From the NCBI GenBank assembly GCA_964534625.1, contig CAZHRF010000002.1, positions 85,711 through 149,710 on the forward strand: DNA of 64,000 nucleotides, given 5' to 3'. A program made the translations under genes and the position numbers. Under the pieces are notes generated by a model. The model saw only the letters and a program-made list of their open reading frames with translations. It had not been told where the DNA came from and did no database searches. Every line of letters starts with the position of its first letter. Position 1 is the first letter of the stretch. Of this stretch, positions 58,370 through 64,000 are shown in pieces. Source of the DNA: an uncultured archaeon. Lineage in GTDB: Archaea > Asgardarchaeota > Heimdallarchaeia > Heimdallarchaeales > Heimdallarchaeaceae.

Positions 58370-60127
58370 ATGAAGCAAGGTTATAAAAAATGGTTTGTAA
58401 GGCAAATCTTAAGAGAAAAATTACTTACGGGAATAATGATTCTCTGTTTGATCGCTTACATTGGGACAGTATCATTGACTCCCCTGTTTTTAGGTGATAT
58501 TTTTGAAGAATTAACTCAACCAAATCGTTCTTTTGTAAAAATTCTTCATAGTTCCTTATTCATTGCCTTAGCAGGACTAGTTAGGGCAGGAGGAGATTTT
58601 GTTCAAAGTTATATAAATGAAGTAATAGCTCATAAAGTCACAAAAAATGTCACTGAGGAATTTTATGATAATATGCTAGAAAAAAGCCAAGAATTTCATG
58701 ATCGTGTAAAGGTGGGCGATATTATGGCGAGAGCCACCTATGATACAAGACAGATGAATATTTTCATAGCTCCAGGTTTAAAATTTCTGTTTGAAGCTTT
58801 CTTTCAAATACTTTTTTCTGTTTCTTTAATGATCTGGATAAACCCAAAATTAACTATAATGCTTCTAGTAGCTTTGCCGCTATATGTAGTAACAATTCGT
58901 GATTATAATAAGAAACTAAGACCCATATCAAGAGCCCAAATGGAGCAAAACAGTCTATTGAATTCGATTCTTCAAGAAAGCATTACGGGTATAAGGGTAG
59001 TTAGAGCATTTGTAAAAGAAGAGGAAGAAATTCAAGAATTCGATAAAGAAGTAGATGAATTGCGAAAGATTAATACTGAAAGGGGCATCATTAGTGCAAA
59101 GTATTATCCTGTTATAATAACTGTTATTCTGATTGCATTGTCTTTCCTTTGGGGAGCATATGAAGTTACACAAGAAAGTCTTAGTCTTTCCCAGTTAATT
59201 ACCTATGTTCTCCTTATGATGACATTAACCATGCCTACATGGCAGGTGGGTTGGACTATAACTCAGTTTCAGATTGGGATGGCAGCATCAAGAAGGATAT
59301 ATGAGATGTTACAAAGAGAAGAGTATGTACCAGAACCCGCAGAACCCACGAAATGGGAAAACAAGGAAGGTAAAGTTAGATTTGATAACGTATCTTTTTC
59401 ATATAATGGTAAAAGTACAAGACGGGAAGCGCTGAAAAATATTAGTTTTGACGTTCCAGCTGGAGCAACTGTAGCGATCATTGGTAACCCTGGTTCTGGC
59501 AAATCCACACTTGTTAAATTGTTAATGAGATTATATGATCCTACTGCAGGGGTGATCTATATCGATGGGCATGATATACGTAAGATTGATTTAAGCCAAT
59601 TGAGAGATAATATTGGTGTAATAGAACAAGAAGTATTTCTATTTAGTAAAAGTATAGCAGATAATATTGCCTATGGAAAACCAGATGCGAATCAAGAAGA
59701 AATTGAAAATGTTGCCAAACTAGCCCAAGCTCATGAATTTATTATGAGTTTTGATGAAGGATATGATACAGTTGTAGGCGAGCGAGGAACCACGCTTTCT
59801 GGAGGGCAAAAACAACGGATAGCAATAGCACGAGCGTTATTAGTCGATCCTATTTTATTAATATTGGATGATGCATCAAGCGCAATAGATGCAGAAACAG
59901 AACGACAAATACAAACCGCAATAGCGAATCTACTGAAAGAGAGAACAACATTTGTCATTACACATAGATTAGCTACCATAAAAAATGCAAACTTAATAGT
60001 GGTTCTAAGAGATGGTCATTTACAAGATTGTGGAACACATTCAGAGCTTATCATGCGAAATGAAGATTATAGAAACTTGTTCGAAAGGTTTTCTGAATTA
60101 CCACCGATACAAAAGGAGGAGAAATAA
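58370..60127 (+). CDS. ABC exporter half-transporter (TMD-NBD), degenerate Walker B subunit
   Basis: Six TMs, GNPGSGKST, LSGGQ, LILDDA. Confidence 0.93.
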   Translation: MKQGYKKWFVRQILREKLLTGIMILCLIAYIGTVSLTPLFLGDIFEELTQPNRSFVKILHSSLFIALAGLVRAGGDFVQSYINEVIAHKVTKNVTEEFYDNMLEKSQEFHDRVKVGDIMARATYDTRQMNIFIAPGLKFLFEAFFQILFSVSLMIWINPKLTIMLLVALPLYVVTIRDYNKKLRPISRAQMEQNSLLNSILQESITGIRVVRAFVKEEEEIQEFDKEVDELRKINTERGIISAKYYPVIITVILIALSFLWGAYEVTQESLSLSQLITYVLLMMTLTMPTWQVGWTITQFQIGMAASRRIYEMLQREEYVPEPAEPTKWENKEGKVRFDNVSFSYNGKSTRREALKNISFDVPAGATVAIIGNPGSGKSTLVKLLMRLYDPTAGVIYIDGHDIRKIDLSQLRDNIGVIEQEVFLFSKSIADNIAYGKPDANQEEIENVAKLAQAHEFIMSFDEGYDTVVGERGTTLSGGQKQRIAIARALLVDPILLILDDASSAIDAETERQIQTAIANLLKERTTFVITHRLATIKNANLIVVLRDGHLQDCGTHSELIMRNEDYRNLFERFSELPPIQKEEK

Positions 60128-61942
60128 GTGTTTCGTAGTGCAGCAATGAAAGAAGATTATGATCGAGTTTATACAGACAAACAATTGATACAACGATTTT
60201 GGAAATATTTAAATGAGCACCAGAAACAATTGGCAATTATAATAGTAGGCATATTGTTTTCCGCTGTCCTTAATATTTTACCCCCAACAATGATCAGAAA
60301 CGCATTTGATGTATTAGATGTGGGAAAACCTTCTTGGGAATCAGTTGCCCCTTACGCTATTGCTTATGTGCTACTTTCAATAGTTTTATGGGGATTACAA
60401 GTTGTAATACAAATTCTAGTAACCAAAGTAACACAGACAATAATTAAAAAAATTCAGTTACAAACATATGAAAGCTTGCATGAGCATGATCTATCCTTTT
60501 TTGATAAACAAGCAACTGGTAAAATAATGAGTCGTATTACGAACGACACACAAGAAATGAATAATATGATTAATGTTGTGGCTCAATTCATAAGCAATTT
60601 CGTCATTGTATTTACTGTTCTTGGAATTATGTTTTATGTTAATTGGCGTTTGACACTCGTTACTTTGGCTATGGGGCCTGTGGTTATTTTTGTTGGTTTG
60701 TTATTTAGAAAACTTATTCGAAGGACGAGTGGTAACTGGCGCGCATCAATAGGAGAAGTAAATGCATCGTTTCAAGAAAGTGTAGCTGGAATATCGGTGG
60801 CCAAAGCATTTGGGCGAGAAGAAAAATCAAAAGAAGAATTTGAAGTAATTAATGATAAAACCTTCCAAATAGCTAAAAGGAGAGCGATTGCAATAACTGG
60901 GGTATGGCCAGTTATGGACGGGATAAGTGTATTGGGCATGTTTGGCATAACTCTATTTGGTAGTTTTTTAATATTCGAGGATTTGGCATCAGCTTCAGTA
61001 ATTTTATTATTTATCTTATTATTAAATCGGTTTTTGTATCCACTAATGAGGGTTTCATCACAAATATCAACAATACAAAGTGGGTTCGCTGCAATGGAAA
61101 GAATATTTTCAATAATTGACGCAGAGAAAACAGTAACAAATCCTATAAATCCAATTAGGAAAAAACTTGAAGGTAGAATCACCTTCGAAAATGTATATCA
61201 TGAATATGAACCTGAAGAACCTGTTTTGACAAACATTACTCTTGATATTGCTCCTACTGAATCGATAGCCATTGTAGGACATACTGGGGCAGGAAAGACA
61301 ACTATTGCTTCGTTATTAATGCGTTTTTATGACATTAAAAGTGGATCAATCAAAATAGATGGAATTGATATTCGCGATTATGATTTACACGCGTATAGAG
61401 CACAAGTGGGTTTGGTAAGCCAAGATGTATTTTTGTTTAGTGGCAGTGTTTTAAATAATATTAGATTTAGTAAACCTGATGCAACTCTTGAAGAAGTACA
61501 AAAGGTTATTAAAATAGTCTCTGCTCAAGAATTTATTGAAGCATTACCTGATGGTCTTCAAACAGAATTGGGGGAAAGGGGAAAAGGGCTTTCAGCGGGG
61601 CAAAGACAAATGATTTCTTTTGCAAGAACATTATTAACCAATCCCAAAATATTGATACTTGATGAAGCTACAGCAGCAGTAGATGCCTACACAGAGTATA
61701 AAATACAAAAGGCGTTAGATACACTGTTAGAAAATAGAACATCAATAGTTATCGCTCATCGCTTAACAACAATTAAGAATTCGGATAGAATAATAGTTCT
61801 TGATCATGGAGAAATTGTAGAACAAGGAAATCATGAATCATTAATGAAGAATGGCGGTTTATACTCTGAACTTTATGACACATACTTTAAACACCAATCA
61901 GCTGAATGGATCAGCGAGATAAGTGATGTGTTTACAGATTAA
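60128..61942 (+). CDS. ABC exporter half-transporter (TMD-NBD), consensus Walker B subunit
   Basis: GHTGAGKTT, LSAGQ, LILDEA, IAHRL; heterodimer partner of the preceding gene. Confidence 0.93.
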   Translation: MFRSAAMKEDYDRVYTDKQLIQRFWKYLNEHQKQLAIIIVGILFSAVLNILPPTMIRNAFDVLDVGKPSWESVAPYAIAYVLLSIVLWGLQVVIQILVTKVTQTIIKKIQLQTYESLHEHDLSFFDKQATGKIMSRITNDTQEMNNMINVVAQFISNFVIVFTVLGIMFYVNWRLTLVTLAMGPVVIFVGLLFRKLIRRTSGNWRASIGEVNASFQESVAGISVAKAFGREEKSKEEFEVINDKTFQIAKRRAIAITGVWPVMDGISVLGMFGITLFGSFLIFEDLASASVILLFILLLNRFLYPLMRVSSQISTIQSGFAAMERIFSIIDAEKTVTNPINPIRKKLEGRITFENVYHEYEPEEPVLTNITLDIAPTESIAIVGHTGAGKTTIASLLMRFYDIKSGSIKIDGIDIRDYDLHAYRAQVGLVSQDVFLFSGSVLNNIRFSKPDATLEEVQKVIKIVSAQEFIEALPDGLQTELGERGKGLSAGQRQMISFARTLLTNPKILILDEATAAVDAYTEYKIQKALDTLLENRTSIVIAHRLTTIKNSDRIIVLDHGEIVEQGNHESLMKNGGLYSELYDTYFKHQSAEWISEISDVFTD

Positions 61943-62047
61943 ATGATGTATAATTCCCTTTTAACTTACTTTATTTAAGCTTGAGTTCTATAACCCACTT
62001 ATTCTTTCTTTACGTATTGTTTATAAGATTGAATTACTTATTATATC

Positions 62048-63904
62048 TTGATGGGTATTTATTTAAATGGCGAAAGATTATCACTTAAAGGTTCCTCAAT
62101 TAGCGTTTTGCATATAGATGATGAAAAAGCTTTTCTTGAGCTCACTCGTTTTTATTTACAAAAATTAAATGAAGCCAATAGTATTAAATATTATTCTTTT
62201 ACTGATCCACAATTAGCTTTAAATGATTTGATTCAGAACCCAACCAAATATGATGTCATAATCTCTGATTATCAAATGCCTATATTAACTGGTCTTGAAT
62301 TCCTCAAGATTATACGTGATACTAAGATAAATATTCCCTTTATCATATTAACTGGCAAAGGGCGAGAGGAGGTTGTAGTTAAAGCCCTAAATCTAGGGGC
62401 TAATAGATATATACGTAAAGGATTTGATTCTGTAAGTTTATACAAAGAGTTACTACATACAATAAAATCATTACATGCGTATTTCACTTCCGAAAAAAAG
62501 ATTAAAGAGAGAGAAGAACTCTACCATCATTTGATTGAAACCTCTCCTGATGCCATTTTGAATGTTGATCTACAAGGAGAAATATTTTTTATAAATAAGC
62601 AAGGATTAGCTCTTTTCGGATATAAAAACCCTGAGGATATCTATGGAACAAATATCTTTGATTTTATGATAGATGAAGAAAAAGAAATTGCTGCAAAAAA
62701 TATCCACACAATTATTGAAGAACATAAATCCATCATTGCTGAGAGAACATTTAAGCATAAAGATGGTAGTTATCTCTTTTGCTCTGTTCATGTGACTAAA
62801 ATTCATCATCCTATATTGGGAGATGAGTGTTTAATGGCAATTATAAGAGATCTAACAGAAAAGAAAAGAATGGGAGAACAATTAAAAGAAGAAATTAGTC
62901 ATTCTGAAAAACAAGAAGCTTTTTATCAATCGATCTTTGAAAATACTGGAACAGCAACAGTAATAATTGAAGCTGACAGGACAATTTCTTTAGCAAATAC
63001 AAAATTTGAACAACTATCCGGATATAAAAAAAATGAAATTGAATACAAGAAAAAATGGAGTGATTTTGTTGTTCAAGAAGATTTAGAAAGGATGCTTAAA
63101 TTTCATAAAGAAAGAAGAAAAGGAAGAGAAGAAATACCAACTGAGTATGAATTTGTTTTTGTAGATAGATTTGGTAACAAGAAAAATATCTATTTACGAG
63201 TTGATGTCATTCCTGGAACAATGAAAAGTGTAGCATCCTTGGCTGATATCACAAATGTCAAACAGCTTGAACAAGAGTTATTATATTATATTCACCTGAC
63301 TAATCATGAATTTAAAAACAATCTTTCAAAGATTAGAGGTTATTTATCTTTGTATGAAGAAGAGAAAAATGAGCTTTATCTGAGAAGAATAGAAGCCAAT
63401 ATAAATTATCTAGAAGAGATGATGATAGGCTCGGAAGTAATAACAAAGAGTAATGATATCTCTTTGGAAAAATCGGAGGTCAATTTAAACGGAGTTATAC
63501 ATAACATAGCGTTTATGATGATCGACAAAACTATTGAACTAAAAGGTGATGTTCTCCCAACAGTTATTGCAAACTCGATAAAAACATATCAAATTTTCAA
63601 AAATTTAATAGAAAATGCAGTTAAACATGGAGATCCTTCATCAATACAAATAAAGTGTGAAAGAAAAGAAGGGAGTACAATTATTTCTGTTATAAATGAC
63701 GGTACATTATTGAATAGAGACCTAGTACAAAAAGTATTTACAAAACAAGAATCGTTTATGGGTATTAGTGATAAGAAAGGTTTACACATAGTGAAAAAAC
63801 ATGTAAGAGCACAAGGGTGGTGTATAAAACTAGATGAGAGAACAGACAAAGTGTCTTTTTCAATAATAATTCCTCAAAGTGATGTAATAGAAAGAAATAC
63901 TTGA
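62048..63904 (+). CDS. Hybrid REC-PAS-PAS histidine kinase
   Basis: LHIDDE, ISDYQMP, LTGKG (REC); two PAS repeats; HEFKNNL; NLIENAVKHG, NDG. Confidence 0.9.
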   Translation: MMGIYLNGERLSLKGSSISVLHIDDEKAFLELTRFYLQKLNEANSIKYYSFTDPQLALNDLIQNPTKYDVIISDYQMPILTGLEFLKIIRDTKINIPFIILTGKGREEVVVKALNLGANRYIRKGFDSVSLYKELLHTIKSLHAYFTSEKKIKEREELYHHLIETSPDAILNVDLQGEIFFINKQGLALFGYKNPEDIYGTNIFDFMIDEEKEIAAKNIHTIIEEHKSIIAERTFKHKDGSYLFCSVHVTKIHHPILGDECLMAIIRDLTEKKRMGEQLKEEISHSEKQEAFYQSIFENTGTATVIIEADRTISLANTKFEQLSGYKKNEIEYKKKWSDFVVQEDLERMLKFHKERRKGREEIPTEYEFVFVDRFGNKKNIYLRVDVIPGTMKSVASLADITNVKQLEQELLYYIHLTNHEFKNNLSKIRGYLSLYEEEKNELYLRRIEANINYLEEMMIGSEVITKSNDISLEKSEVNLNGVIHNIAFMMIDKTIELKGDVLPTVIANSIKTYQIFKNLIENAVKHGDPSSIQIKCERKEGSTIISVINDGTLLNRDLVQKVFTKQESFMGISDKKGLHIVKKHVRAQGWCIKLDERTDKVSFSIIIPQSDVIERNT

Positions 63905-64000
63905 TCTCTTTGGTAACTAATTCAATTTTTCTTTGATGGCTTAATTTTTAGTTTTAGAAACTTTATATAGTACCAAATGCTTAATAAAATGAGAAAAATG

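Noticed and set aside
58370-61942. Degenerate Walker B and signature in the ABC pair
   Set aside because: Expected asymmetry of heterodimeric TM287/288-type exporters
1442-63849. Many short ORFs antisense to or nested in long genes
   Set aside because: They overlap well-supported genes and have no recognisable motifs

Overview
AT-rich archaeal chromosomal segment, most consistent with an Asgard archaeon (Heimdallarchaeia-like). The basis is archaeal information genes (Cdc6/Orc1, Trm1, RNase HII with PIP box, TFEbeta/RPC34-like) occurring with a Rag/Arf-like GTPase-roadblock fusion, two MglA-like GTPases, a transmembrane RING protein and many C-terminally anchored surface proteins. Housekeeping content: grpE-dnaK-dnaJ, RlmE, Sir2, AlaX, AMP phosphorylase, hexulose-phosphate isomerase, ABC/MMPL transporters and a hybrid histidine kinase. 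No rRNA, tRNA, CRISPR or mobile element is evident. Main leads: (1) a lipid locus where a membrane-anchored subtilase resembling eukaryotic site-1 protease (SKI-1/MBTPS1) lies between pssA/psd and the HMG-CoA synthase-thiolase-DUF35 triad, whose thiolase has lost its catalytic Cys and His; (2) a VWA surface protein co-transcribed with a doubly frameshifted signal peptide-TM-RING E3-like gene; (3) a block bracketed by twin MglA-like GTPases, containing a coiled-coil-wHTH protein, a nuclease and a degenerate AAA+-wHTH protein; (4) a promoter-associated K-turn hairpin RNA candidate. All family calls come from motif recognition by eye; no searches were run.
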